Origin: a virus | Lineage: Duplodnaviria; Caudoviricetes | DNA length: 46,611 nucleotides | IMG/VR virus record: IMGVR_UViG_3300043473_000199 | Span: 1-46,611 of that record | Strand: one strand, 5' to 3' | Part shown: positions 1 to 9,740 of the stretch, piece by piece | Layout of the letters: each line of letters opens with the position of its first letter | How positions within the stretch are numbered: the stretch's first letter is position 1 | Notes under the pieces: generated by a model | The model's input: the letters and a program-made list of their open reading frames with translations, nothing else | What the model was told of the DNA's origin: nothing | Databases searched by the model: none | Translations under genes and position numbers: made by a program

Positions 1-127
1 CACATTATGCCCTCCACCCCAGGAGCACGAAGTTTTCACGCTCCCGGCCCCACTCAAAAAGCATTGGCGCGACTGTCGCGGCCCCCATGCTGCGGAGCCA
101 GCGGATCGAACTGACGTGGTCCTCATG
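1..127. repeat. 127-bp terminal overlap identical to 46485-46611 (circular contig)
   Basis: Exact match of the first and last 127 nt; the overlap falls inside a gene and joins the stop at 5-7 to the ATG at 46489 as a TAATG junction. Confidence 0.97.
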
Positions 128-514
128 GCAGAACGCCACCACCAGGTGCGCCCGCGGCGTCAGGCTGGGGATGATGAACCGCATGATGTGCCGGGTCATG
201 GTGAGCACCACCTCGGGCCAGTGGTCGGTGCCGAAGGCATAGGCGCACCAGACGCCGGGCCACATCGGCCGGGCGCCGAAGATCGCCACCGGCGTGTCCC
301 CCTTCTTAGCGACCCACAGGCTGCCAGGTATCTCCATTGCCGACGCCGCCAGCAGCTCGGGATCGTCATCCCAGCGGGTGGCGAACACTTCCAGCCGGTC
401 CCGCTCCCGAAGATTGCGCGTGATGTGCAGCACGTCGGCCAGCTCCGGGCGCACCAGCTCGACCTTGCCGGTCAGCCGATCCGGGCGCCACACCGCTGCC
501 GCCGGCATCGCCAT
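5..514 (-). CDS. GNAT-like acetyltransferase, T7 gp13-like virion assembly protein
   Basis: Motifs NLRERDRLEV, PVAIFGARPMWPGVWCAYAFGTD and SIRWLRSMGA; lies between nozzle and internal virion genes; start taken at ATG 514, just after the upstream stop. Confidence 0.75.
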   Translation of the reverse strand: MAMPAAAVWRPDRLTGKVELVRPELADVLHITRNLRERDRLEVFATRWDDDPELLAASAMEIPGSLWVAKKGDTPVAIFGARPMWPGVWCAYAFGTDHWPEVVLTMTRHIMRFIIPSLTPRAHLVVAFCHEDHVSSIRWLRSMGAATVAPMLFEWGRERENFVLLGWRA

Positions 515-516
515 GA

Positions 517-756
517 TCACCTCGGGGGCGGCATGAACGTCCTCGGCCCGCCCGCAAGCGCCCCCGGCGGCCCTGTAGGTGGCAGCCCAGGTGCCAGTCC
601 GGGCGGGCCGCCCATTGGCATAGGGGCCGGACCCGGTCCACCCATCGGTGGGATCGAGCTCATGGCTTGGGTGGCCCCGCCATTCGCTTGCTGCTGAGCC
701 ATCATGGTCTGGAAATTCTGCCCCATTTGTTGCAGAGCCGCTGGATCGGCGCACAT
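517..756 (-). CDS. Small Met/Gly/Pro-rich putative virion protein starting Met-Cys
   Basis: 79-aa ORF coupled to the nozzle stop by a TGATG overlap at 756; fills the gap in the operon. Confidence 0.6.
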   Translation of the reverse strand: MCADPAALQQMGQNFQTMMAQQQANGGATQAMSSIPPMGGPGPAPMPMGGPPGLAPGLPPTGPPGALAGGPRTFMPPPR

Positions 757-2213
757 CAGTCATTCTCCCCTCGCGCGAAATGTAAGAGCAGTGAAGCCAG
801 CGAAGCAGGACCGGCCGCCTGGTGCCGCAGATTGATGCCGAAATGCGTGCCGTAGCCGGTCACGGCGATCCGCTCCATGCCGTAGCTCGGCTTGTCGATA
901 GTGGCGATCAGCTCGCGATTATCCGGGTTGGCCGCGTCCGTCCCCAGCCGCGCCGCCCAGGCGCCGTAGCAGACGATGTCGAACCCCTCCAGGTTCTTGA
1001 ACGTCGAGGGGTCGCCGGCATCCAACATCGGCAGCGTCACTTCGCACAAATAGTCGCTGCCGTAGGCTCCGGCGCTGTTGTCGTAGGTGTAAAGGACATC
1101 GCCCGAACGCAGGACCGCCACGTCGCCCAGCGTCTCCAGGTCGGTGAACGCCACGTTCGACAGCAGCCGGGTCCAGGCGCTGACCTTGGAGCCAGGGAAG
1201 AAGGTGAAGACGTAAATCTGCTTCTCGATGGAGAGCCAGTAGCGCCCGCTGTCCGGCTCGATCATCGAGCGCGCGTTCTGCGTCTCGTTGGGGAATTGCT
1301 CCCGCAGCTGGTGCAGCAGCAGGTCGATGGGCGTGCCGATATCGGAGGTGATGGCGTTGTTGGAACTGTCGCGGGCGCGAAGGGAACGCAGCCCGGTGTC
1401 GGACAGGAAGAACACGTCGCTGTCGCCAAAGGACATGACGCTGCGGGGCGCCAGCGCCCCGATATTCGACAGCACCTGGAGGAGCTGGAGCTTGGTGGGG
1501 TCGGGATCTACCCGCCAAATCTGGATCGTGTCGCGCATGAAGACGGCGAGGTTGCCCTGGTAGACCGCCAGCCCGACGATGTCCTCGCCCGTGCCTGATT
1601 GGTTGGACAGCTCCACGATAGCGGCACCTGGCCTCCCGGTATCGCCCGGTGTCCAGAAATCTGGATGCCCCAGGGCCGACAAGAACAAAAGGCGCCCGAA
1701 TCCGGCGTACATCCGGTTTCCCAAGGTGAGCACCGGGGAGCCCCGGTTCGTCGCACTCGCCCGTGGATTGGGACTCAGATAATTAACCGGGCCGTTCCTC
1801 GCGTTCAGGCCGGTCGGCTCCACCCAGCTCGTCACCAGCACGCCGTCGTAGAAGTGGTAGGTTTTGCCGTCGCTGGAGTGGATGACGGCGTAGATGCGGC
1901 CGTTGAAGAGATCGTAATCCTCCAGGCTGACGACGACGCCGGCAGGCGGCGTCAACTGCTGGTAGAGCACGCCGCCGCCCACGCCCGGGTTAGCGCCAGT
2001 GCCGAAGACGTAGACGTTGGTCGCCGTGGTAGCCAGGCCGACGGTGCCGGCCGGCAGGGTGACGGTGGCCGCGAAGGCGCGGCGCTTCTCGATCTCGTTG
2101 CCGCGGGTGAGCACGACGTTGTCGCCCACCCAGAGCGCGCCGGCCTGGAGCGTGACGATGGATTTTCGGCGATCCAATCCGCCCCTGAAATCGAGAACCT
2201 GAACGTACGGCAT
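756..2213 (-). CDS. Tail nozzle / tail tubular protein B (P22 gp10, T7 gp12-like)
   Basis: 485-aa beta-rich protein starting DFRGGLDRR, downstream of the adaptor gene in podovirus synteny. Confidence 0.75.
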   Translation of the reverse strand: MPYVQVLDFRGGLDRRKSIVTLQAGALWVGDNVVLTRGNEIEKRRAFAATVTLPAGTVGLATTATNVYVFGTGANPGVGGGVLYQQLTPPAGVVVSLEDYDLFNGRIYAVIHSSDGKTYHFYDGVLVTSWVEPTGLNARNGPVNYLSPNPRASATNRGSPVLTLGNRMYAGFGRLLFLSALGHPDFWTPGDTGRPGAAIVELSNQSGTGEDIVGLAVYQGNLAVFMRDTIQIWRVDPDPTKLQLLQVLSNIGALAPRSVMSFGDSDVFFLSDTGLRSLRARDSSNNAITSDIGTPIDLLLHQLREQFPNETQNARSMIEPDSGRYWLSIEKQIYVFTFFPGSKVSAWTRLLSNVAFTDLETLGDVAVLRSGDVLYTYDNSAGAYGSDYLCEVTLPMLDAGDPSTFKNLEGFDIVCYGAWAARLGTDAANPDNRELIATIDKPSYGMERIAVTGYGTHFGINLRHQAAGPASLASLLLHFARGEND

Positions 2214-2216
2214 CGG

Positions 2217-2915
2217 CTACCCGTTGGCGACGATGTAGTCGATGCCAGGGCGCCCGGTGGCGTAGGGCGAGGCACCGCCGCCCATCACGAACGGCGTGCG
2301 CTTCTTGGCGCCCTGTAGCCCCTTCAGGCGCCGCATCAAGGCTTGGGCTATGGCGAGCTTGGCCTCGCCGTCCTTGCGGTTCCTGGCCGTCAGGATCTCG
2401 GTGGCGGCGAACAGCACGATGACCTGGGCGTCCAGGGTGCAGGTGTCGGCGTCGGCAACCAGCGGCTTCAGCGCCCCCGTGCCCTTGAACCGCAGCACGG
2501 TGTTCTGGTTGGGGATCGGCCACACCTCATAGCCGTTGTTCTCGGGCCGGTGGCTCCACGCCTGGGCCGGCGATGCCTGCTGGCCGCTATCGCTGTCGTA
2601 GATGTTCATGTGGTCAGGCGTGATGCCGTAGCTCAGCTCCCGCCACACGCCATTCTGCTGCGACCAGACATGGACGGTGCGCTCGAAATCGATGCCCGTC
2701 GGGTATTGCTGGAAGCGGGTGCCGGCGGGGAGCGGATCGTCCAGGTAAATCTGGAGGAACGGCCACTCCACGTCATACCAGAGCGTTTCCTGCACCCGGC
2801 GCAGCGTGATCTTGTATGTCTCGGCCACGTTGACGCCGAGCGCCACGCTCTGCGCGTCACCGACCTCGGCACGCAGCATCGAGAGCATCTGCCCGAGCTG
2901 GACGTTGCGTGCCAT
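2217..2915 (-). CDS. Head-tail adaptor / tail tubular protein A
   Basis: 232 aa with EWPFL and EVWPIPN motifs; position between capsid and nozzle genes. Confidence 0.7.
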   Translation of the reverse strand: MARNVQLGQMLSMLRAEVGDAQSVALGVNVAETYKITLRRVQETLWYDVEWPFLQIYLDDPLPAGTRFQQYPTGIDFERTVHVWSQQNGVWRELSYGITPDHMNIYDSDSGQQASPAQAWSHRPENNGYEVWPIPNQNTVLRFKGTGALKPLVADADTCTLDAQVIVLFAATEILTARNRKDGEAKLAIAQALMRRLKGLQGAKKRTPFVMGGGASPYATGRPGIDYIVANG

Positions 2916-2924
2916 CGGCTTCTC

Positions 2925-3356
2925 CTACTGGACGGCCGAAGCCGCCTTGCCTTTCTTCGCCGCGGCCGGGGGCGGTGGTTCCTCCGGGGACTCTGCCGCC
3001 GGTTCTTCATCCGGCGTCTCCGGCTTCTCCGGCGGCACCGGAGGAGCAGGCAGGCCGGGCTCGTCCAGCGGCGGGTCCATGTCCATCCGCGGGCTGGAAC
3101 CCGGGAACAAACGCTCCAGGGCGGCGCCGGAATAACCGAACTGAAGCAGCCGGGTCTTCTCGGCCCGGGCTGAATGCTTGCCCTTTAACTGGCCGGCATC
3201 TTCAGTGATGAGGACGGTGTCCTCGCCGCCGTGGATGGCGCGCAGCACCTGAACTTCAGGCCAGGATACGATCCCGTGCCCGAAGCCCCGATCAGCCGGT
3301 TCAATGCAGTTCCGCATATCCCCGCCTAACCGCACTTGAACTCGATACAACTGCAT
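2925..3356 (-). CDS. Hypothetical protein with Pro/Glu-rich, Lys-tipped C-terminus
   Basis: 143-aa ORF with AAGGAAGG RBS directly after the capsid gene. Confidence 0.7.
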   Translation of the reverse strand: MQLYRVQVRLGGDMRNCIEPADRGFGHGIVSWPEVQVLRAIHGGEDTVLITEDAGQLKGKHSARAEKTRLLQFGYSGAALERLFPGSSPRMDMDPPLDEPGLPAPPVPPEKPETPDEEPAAESPEEPPPPAAAKKGKAASAVQ

Positions 3357-3374
3357 GCTGCGCGCCTTCCTTGG

Positions 3375-4424
3375 TTACGTGATCGCGTAGACCCCGCAGC
3401 AGTTGAGCTGCGAGGCAACAACGGCACCGGTCGAGACTATCGAGCGATAGGTCACGAACTGGTTGTAGGGCCGGGATGGAGTGTGCTGCCGCTTCCAGTC
3501 GCCCTGTAGGGCATCGAGGAACAGGCGGGAGCTGTCGAAGATATAGGCACGTTTGGACATACCCAGGTCGTCCAGTGTCGGGTCGTAGGTCGGCACCAGG
3601 CTCCCATGAGCAACATCGCCCACAGACGCGTCCGTCCGGCCGGAAGCGCCCGACTCCCCATACAGACCGTTGGCCCGCCGCTCCTTCTCCAGCGCGTCGA
3701 TCCAGTCCGATCCGCAGAAATAGGCATCGGGATTGCCGCCGTAACGGCGCAGCTGCCGCAGCTCCTTCTGGAGGAACTGAAGCAATGCGCCGCCGTCAGC
3801 GACGTTGGAGACGATGCCCAGGTTGAACCGGTTCCGCCACCATGTCGCACTGGCGCGATCCACGCCGCCCACCAAGCCCGTCGCCGGGTTGTCGGTGATG
3901 AAGGCGCGGATACCGGCCAGCCCCTTGGCGTCCGTGGTGCCGTCGCCCCACAGCAAGGCGTTCAGGGAGCGGGCATACTGCTCCATGAAATCCTGGCTCT
4001 TCTCGTCAAGGATATCGGCAAGCACATGCTTCTCGCGCCCGGACAAGGGACGCGTGTCCTCGCCGTCGGTGTCCACGACCACCAGCCCGTCGATCTTCAG
4101 CTCGGAGTGGGTGACGTTGAAACCGATGTGGTGCTCCTTCCACGGGTATGCTGCCCGGCGGGTATTCTCGGGCTCGTAGAAGGTGACGGTGTCGGAGAGG
4201 TCGAAACCCTTCAGGCTGTCGTTGACCCCGGCTGCACCAAAGTCGCCCTTGATACCGACGGAGATGTCCTTCTTGCCGCCGCTAAAGGTTTTCTTCTTGC
4301 GCTCCATCAGCGCCACCAGCGGCTTCTGCTGGATGGACTGATAGTAAACCTCCGGCGTGTTGAGATAATAGTCGAGGGCACTGGCGGTTACGTTCGCCAG
4401 CTTCGCCCCGGTAAGGGTAGGCAT
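3375..4424 (-). CDS. Major capsid protein (HK97 fold)
   Basis: 349 aa with LWGDGT..KGLAGI and VGGVDRA..WWRN motifs; follows portal and scaffold genes. Confidence 0.88.
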   Translation of the reverse strand: MPTLTGAKLANVTASALDYYLNTPEVYYQSIQQKPLVALMERKKKTFSGGKKDISVGIKGDFGAAGVNDSLKGFDLSDTVTFYEPENTRRAAYPWKEHHIGFNVTHSELKIDGLVVVDTDGEDTRPLSGREKHVLADILDEKSQDFMEQYARSLNALLWGDGTTDAKGLAGIRAFITDNPATGLVGGVDRASATWWRNRFNLGIVSNVADGGALLQFLQKELRQLRRYGGNPDAYFCGSDWIDALEKERRANGLYGESGASGRTDASVGDVAHGSLVPTYDPTLDDLGMSKRAYIFDSSRLFLDALQGDWKRQHTPSRPYNQFVTYRSIVSTGAVVASQLNCCGVYAIT

Positions 4425-4449
4425 CGCCTTTGACCTTTCGGATCAAAGG

Positions 4450-5520
4450 TCACCCCAGTGCGGCCAGCATTGCTTCCCTTGCGCTGCGCGGCCTGGGCAT
4501 GACCCCATTGACGTTTGATCCGGTCGCCGAAGGATTCATGCTGGTCGGTCGCCCTGGTGCGCGCATCTGGGCCAGTTGCGCGGTAACGTACGCATAGGCT
4601 TTGCGGGACATATCCACTGCCCCAGCCTGTGTCGTCGGTACACCTTCAGTCGCCATCAACACGCGGATGCGATCATTCATCAACGGCACCTTTGCCGGGT
4701 AGGCCGGGTCACGCTTCTGGATTTCCTGTTCCCACGCCACCACAGCGGTTGATACGTCGCGAGCTAACTGCGTGCGCTGCTGCTGGTGGTTGGCCTGGGA
4801 TTGGCGTTCAGTGGCGTAGTTGACCTGTTCCTGGCTGATGCGTGCGCGCGTAAGCTCACGCGCCGACGCCTCATCGATGTAGCCGTTGTCCAGGCGCTGC
4901 TGGATGTCCGCAGGGAAACTCGCCCCCCGGACCTGATTGACCCGCTCTAGGTGCGGACCCACCAGTTTGTAGAACCCGTCATAGTCGCCGGCCTTCAGCA
5001 ACCTTCCTACTTCGAACAGCTCGACCACTTCCTCGGCATCAAGCTTGGCTTCTTTGAGGTAGTTGTCGATCTTGACGTAGGCGTTGGCCTTGGGCGTCAG
5101 CTCCTTGACCCGGTTCGACAGCGCATGAAATCTCTTCCGCGTGCGCGACTGCCATTGCTGCATTTCCTCCTCGGGCGGATCGCCCAGGAGTTCAGCATCG
5201 GTTTCGGCACCAGTTTGTTGACCCACCGGTGGGGTGGGCCGACCAGCCTGCGTCTCCTTTGGGTATCCGGATTCGGATGACTCCGACGCCGGTGGCGAGC
5301 CGGGCCGCTTGTCATCTCCGAGAGCGCGCTCAATCACTTCATGAAATGAAGGGATCGGCTTGGGGGTATCGCCAGTTACAGCCTGGGCACTCGCCCCCTC
5401 GGGCGCCGCAGGCGAAGGTGAAGGCGCGGGAGAAGGTGTCGGAGCGGGCGCGGGATCAGGTGCCGGCGGCGAAGGTGCGCTTTCCGGTACTGAGCCGCTG
5501 TCGCTGTCTAGGTCCGACAT
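4450..5520 (-). CDS. Capsid scaffolding protein
   Basis: Disordered Pro/Ser/acidic N-terminus, helical core and a C-terminal PRSAREAMLAALG helix; lies between portal and capsid genes. Confidence 0.75.
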   Translation of the reverse strand: MSDLDSDSGSVPESAPSPPAPDPAPAPTPSPAPSPSPAAPEGASAQAVTGDTPKPIPSFHEVIERALGDDKRPGSPPASESSESGYPKETQAGRPTPPVGQQTGAETDAELLGDPPEEEMQQWQSRTRKRFHALSNRVKELTPKANAYVKIDNYLKEAKLDAEEVVELFEVGRLLKAGDYDGFYKLVGPHLERVNQVRGASFPADIQQRLDNGYIDEASARELTRARISQEQVNYATERQSQANHQQQRTQLARDVSTAVVAWEQEIQKRDPAYPAKVPLMNDRIRVLMATEGVPTTQAGAVDMSRKAYAYVTAQLAQMRAPGRPTSMNPSATGSNVNGVMPRPRSAREAMLAALG

Positions 5521-5579
5521 CTCGTCTCCTGCGCCATATCGCGCATTTTGTATGCCGAGTTGGCTTCCAAAGCCAACAT

Positions 5580-7796
5580 CTAGTTAACCATACCCTTTGC
5601 GGGGCCATAGACGGGCGTGGGTGGCTGGTCCGGTGGCCGCGGCCCCATCTGCGCCTGCTGCTTCGCCTTGGGCGTGTTCATCGATCCCTGGTTGGCCTGG
5701 GCATCGGGCTCCTGGCCAGGCTGCGCCGCCATGCCGTTATCGGGCTTGGCCGCGTTCATGGAGGAGATCGAGGGCGCCTGGGGATCAAGGAAATCCGAGA
5801 CTTCCAGGTTATCGGCCATCAGCGACAGCGCGTATTCGGCCAGCTTCTCGGGCCGCACGCCGGGCACCTGGAGCAGGACGGGAGCGATGCGTTCGAACTC
5901 CCCGATCCGGGCGGCACGGTTGGGCCGGCCAGTGGAGCCGGCCTCGATCTGCAAGAACACCTCGGCGGCGATGTTATCCACGCTGAGATCAGGCCAGACG
6001 GCACCGGGGCCGACGGTGCGCTGCACTTCCAGGGCGGGCATTTCCGCCAGCAGCATCTGCCCGGCCGCGGCGGCAAGATCCGACAGCATGTCGTCCAGGT
6101 CATCGATGGCACTGGACATGGCGCTGGTGCGGCTGTTCTCGGCAATGGCCGTCTCAGTGGCTGTGGAGCCGCTGGTGCCGCCGAGATCGGCTTCCTGGCT
6201 CCCGGCCACGCGCAGCACGTCGTCATAGGCTGGGTTCACGTCGTAAAGCGCGCTGTCGATGGGCGGCCCCTTGAACGCCTGTAACAAGTCTTCCACCCGC
6301 TGGCCGGGCTGGAGGCCGCGCAGGCTGATGACCGCGTTCGCAGGGTGGTTCATCAGCTTGTTCTCGTCATCCTCGTCCAGCGTGTCCTCGCCGGTGATGA
6401 TCTTGGGCCGGTTGGCACGGCGGTGCTCACGCAAGCCTTGCCGGGCGCGGTTGATCTCCAGCTGCGGGTGCCGCAGCAGCTCGACATCGGACAGGGGCCA
6501 GGGATTGTCCTCGCTCTCCATCTCGTTGAAGGCGACGAGGAACCACGGCCAGAACCGCTCGGTGAAATATTCCGGTGGTGCGGGCTCGCGCAGGAAATCG
6601 GGATACCCGTCGCAGACGACGTAAACCAGCCCGTCCTCGATGCACCAGATTTCATAGACCAGGCCAAGGTTGTCCTGGGCGTCGTCACTGTCGGACGTGG
6701 TCGGCGTGCCCGGCCGGTTGCGGCTGCGCTCCGGCTGCTCACTGCCGTCTTTCAGGCCGGAGCGGGAATAGGCGCGATAGGAGCTGGTGACATCCTTGCC
6801 GTAAATCTGCTGGATGCGCTCGGGCGGCAACGCGTATTGCTGCGCCACCCAGGCGCAGCCCAGGAAGCCGCGCAGCTGGATCAGGCACGGGTCGGGGATC
6901 AGGCTGGTGGGGCCGGGCCAGTCGAAGGCCAAGCCTTCCCGCTTCACGTATTGCTGCGGCGCCTTCATCCCCTCCAATGCCAGGCGCATGCGCTCGACAT
7001 CGGAATCCTCCATGTTGATGCGCTCGTCGGCCAGGTCGGCGGCGATCTGCTGGAGCAGCGCGAGCCGGTTGGAGGTGTCGGCCACGCGGGAGGGTTCAGG
7101 CGATTCGCTGGGCGGGCGGTAGTAGCACAGCTTCACCCAGCCCAGCCCGGTAGTTACCGCCCGACGGACGGTGGCCTTCATCATCATCTTGAAGCCCGGC
7201 ACAGTCTGGCTGACTTCGTAGCCGAGCTGGAGTTCCAGCGTCTTGCACACCCGCTGCACCAGCTTCATCCGCTCCACCGCGGCACTGGCATCGGCTAAGA
7301 TCGCCTGGATGGTGGGGTCGATGGGCTGGCCAGTGCCAAGCGCCATGACCATGGCTTGCTTGGCCATCTCCAGGGTTTGGGGCGATCCATCCCAGACCGC
7401 CGTGTTCAATCGCCGGCGGCGCTGGGCGACGAAGCGTGGGTTCTTGGCATAGAGTCCACTGACACGCTGCTGGATATGGCGCTGGATGATGTTGGCGACG
7501 TAGCGCGTCTCCGGCGCATCGGCATTGGGGTCGTTGGCCGTGATGTTGGTGTTCCACTGGTTACCCTGCGCGAAACTGGCATCGGCCCGCATCTTGTCGA
7601 ACTTGGGCTTCCACTTCTTCTTGGCGTATTCGACCTTGGCCAGCCACTCCTCGACCAGTGCCTGGCGCCTGGGGGCGGGCTCCGGCGGGTTACGATCAAC
7701 GGCGCTGCCGGCGGCGGCGGGATCATCGGGATACTCGCCGGGCAGCTCGGCATCGCCCATCGGCGGCCCCATCCCAAGGTCAGTGTAGCCGGACAT
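5580..7796 (-). CDS. Portal protein
   Basis: About 738 aa immediately downstream of TerL (TGATG coupling), with NIIQRHI, TATE and AGSTGRPN motifs and a Gln/Pro tail. Confidence 0.85.
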   Translation of the reverse strand: MSGYTDLGMGPPMGDAELPGEYPDDPAAAGSAVDRNPPEPAPRRQALVEEWLAKVEYAKKKWKPKFDKMRADASFAQGNQWNTNITANDPNADAPETRYVANIIQRHIQQRVSGLYAKNPRFVAQRRRRLNTAVWDGSPQTLEMAKQAMVMALGTGQPIDPTIQAILADASAAVERMKLVQRVCKTLELQLGYEVSQTVPGFKMMMKATVRRAVTTGLGWVKLCYYRPPSESPEPSRVADTSNRLALLQQIAADLADERINMEDSDVERMRLALEGMKAPQQYVKREGLAFDWPGPTSLIPDPCLIQLRGFLGCAWVAQQYALPPERIQQIYGKDVTSSYRAYSRSGLKDGSEQPERSRNRPGTPTTSDSDDAQDNLGLVYEIWCIEDGLVYVVCDGYPDFLREPAPPEYFTERFWPWFLVAFNEMESEDNPWPLSDVELLRHPQLEINRARQGLREHRRANRPKIITGEDTLDEDDENKLMNHPANAVISLRGLQPGQRVEDLLQAFKGPPIDSALYDVNPAYDDVLRVAGSQEADLGGTSGSTATETAIAENSRTSAMSSAIDDLDDMLSDLAAAAGQMLLAEMPALEVQRTVGPGAVWPDLSVDNIAAEVFLQIEAGSTGRPNRAARIGEFERIAPVLLQVPGVRPEKLAEYALSLMADNLEVSDFLDPQAPSISSMNAAKPDNGMAAQPGQEPDAQANQGSMNTPKAKQQAQMGPRPPDQPPTPVYGPAKGMVN

Positions 7797-9400
7797 CACC
7801 AACCTCCTTGCAGGCGCGCATCGCGCAGCCGTGCTTCGTGTTTAGAGTTTTCCTTGACCCAGGCCAGCGTGCCCGGCTTGGCGCCCTCGATCAGGAGGGG
7901 TTGGCGCTTTCTGGGCGCGATGAGGCGCTCGGTCTTCAAGCCGGCCAGGGCAAGGGCGTCAACGAAATCGTCGTGCTGGCCATAAGGGAAGGTGAGCAAT
8001 TCGCTCCTGGCCTGCGCCCACCAGGGCGCGAAGATCGGGAAGCGCACCCGCCCCATGCTCAGACGCGCCTGGATGGCCCTGGAACGCTGTACCTTGTCCT
8101 GGACAGGGGTAACCATCTCAAACGTGGTGAACGCCCTCTTGGCCCGCATTTGGCGGTTCAGGGCCGGGCCGATGGACTGGAGGATATGGCCCTTCTCGCC
8201 CCACCAGCGCATCGGCTCCAACCGGTCGATGATGTTGATCATGGCGTTGATCTGGGTTTCGGCATCGCCGCGCTGCCACCACACGTCGGGCAGCACCCAA
8301 AGGACATCGTTGCGGTCGATCCCGAAGGGCAGGAGGCATGTCCTATCATTGGCCTGCTTCAGCCCGACGGCATGGTCGGAGGTGACGTAGACGTGGAGTT
8401 CATCGAGAGGGGGGAGCTGGTGCAGCCGGTAGGTGTGCAGCCAGTCCGACTTGAAGTGGTCGCCCTCATCGGGGGTCGGCTCGCCTTGCCACAGGGCCGA
8501 GAAGCCGCGCGGGTCCATCCGGCGCAGATCGTCCAGGTAGGAGAGGGGGAAACGCTCGGGCCAGAGCACCTCACCGGGGGAGCGGCCCAGCATGTCGTTC
8601 TCGCCGGCAATGGCGGGGAGGTGGAAGACATGGATCTTCTGGGCCAAGGTTGCATCGTAATGGGCGGAATTGGGGTCGGTGAGCCGGCCGACCAGGTCGT
8701 CGCTATGCCAGCGCGTGGTGACCAGGACGGCCGGGCGGCCGGCTTGCATGCGACGGGTGAGGAACACCTGGGTGAACCACGTCCAGGCACGCTCGCGGAT
8801 CGTGGGGCTGTCGGCTTCGGCACGGTCCTTCATCGGGTCATCGAGGAGCATGATGTCGCCGCCACGGCCGGTCAGGCCGGTGCCGCGGCCGACGAAATGC
8901 ATCTGCCCGCCAGCCGTCGTCTCTAAGCGGTCGGCGCTGGCGCTGCCGGTCTGGAGATCGACGCCGGGGAAGACTTCCTTGTAGCGGTCATTGCGGAGGA
9001 TGGAGCGCACGGCGCGGCCAAGATCCTGGGCGTATTCGTCCGAGTAGGTGGCGACGATGATGTCCTTGGTCGGGTTCCGCCCCGCCACCCAGGCGGGAAA
9101 GAACTTGGAGACGAGCTGCGTCTTGCCGGAGCGCGGGTGGATGACGATGACGACGTATTCGAACTCCTGCCGCTCCACCGCCTCCAGGATTCCGGAGATG
9201 GCCTTGTGGTGGCGGGTGACGACGTATTCGGAGCGGCGCGGATCATTGGGGGAATCCAGGTCCGGCATCATGTGCTGGGCAAAGGGGAGAAGATTGTCGC
9301 GGGCACGGGTGACGTGCTCGGCCCGCAGCCGGTTGAGCGCGGCTGCCTTCAGGGCAGCCAGCTCGCGCAGCTTGGCTTGGCGGGCGTCTTCAGGGGTCAT
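7796..9400 (-). CDS. terL: Terminase large subunit
   Basis: Walker A HPRSGKT, LTGRGGDIMLLDDP Walker B region, TRWHSDDL and nuclease motif HDDFVDAL; start at ATG 9400 is coupled to the upstream stop. Confidence 0.95.
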   Translation of the reverse strand: MTPEDARQAKLRELAALKAAALNRLRAEHVTRARDNLLPFAQHMMPDLDSPNDPRRSEYVVTRHHKAISGILEAVERQEFEYVVIVIHPRSGKTQLVSKFFPAWVAGRNPTKDIIVATYSDEYAQDLGRAVRSILRNDRYKEVFPGVDLQTGSASADRLETTAGGQMHFVGRGTGLTGRGGDIMLLDDPMKDRAEADSPTIRERAWTWFTQVFLTRRMQAGRPAVLVTTRWHSDDLVGRLTDPNSAHYDATLAQKIHVFHLPAIAGENDMLGRSPGEVLWPERFPLSYLDDLRRMDPRGFSALWQGEPTPDEGDHFKSDWLHTYRLHQLPPLDELHVYVTSDHAVGLKQANDRTCLLPFGIDRNDVLWVLPDVWWQRGDAETQINAMINIIDRLEPMRWWGEKGHILQSIGPALNRQMRAKRAFTTFEMVTPVQDKVQRSRAIQARLSMGRVRFPIFAPWWAQARSELLTFPYGQHDDFVDALALAGLKTERLIAPRKRQPLLIEGAKPGTLAWVKENSKHEARLRDARLQGGW

Positions 9401-9723
9401 CAGGTCACGGTGACGGCGGTGGACTTGATCGAGGGGCCGATGCTGATGCGGACGGTGTAGGTGCCGGCCGCGGCATAGGTGTGGCTGAACCCAAGCGAAG
9501 CGCCGGTGATGTTGTAGGTGTTGGCGGTGCCGTCGCCCCACTCGACATAGCACGGTGTGTTCACCGGGAAGCTGCCAACGGCGAGGGTGAAGGTTACCTG
9601 CTTGCCGGCGATCACGGGGGCCGGGACGGTCCAGGCGGCATCCCAGGTCGCCTTCCAGGTTCGACCGGAGGTCCGCAGCTCCTTGAGCACGGCGCGGGGA
9701 TGGGGTGCGGCGGCGAGTGCCAT
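9400..9723 (-). CDS. PKD/Ig-like domain protein
   Basis: VEWGDGT and HTYAAAGTYTVRI PKD signature; GTAGGAG RBS. Confidence 0.8.
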   Translation of the reverse strand: MALAAAPHPRAVLKELRTSGRTWKATWDAAWTVPAPVIAGKQVTFTLAVGSFPVNTPCYVEWGDGTANTYNITGASLGFSHTYAAAGTYTVRISIGPSIKSTAVTVT

Positions 9724-9740
9724 GATCTACTCCTACGGCC

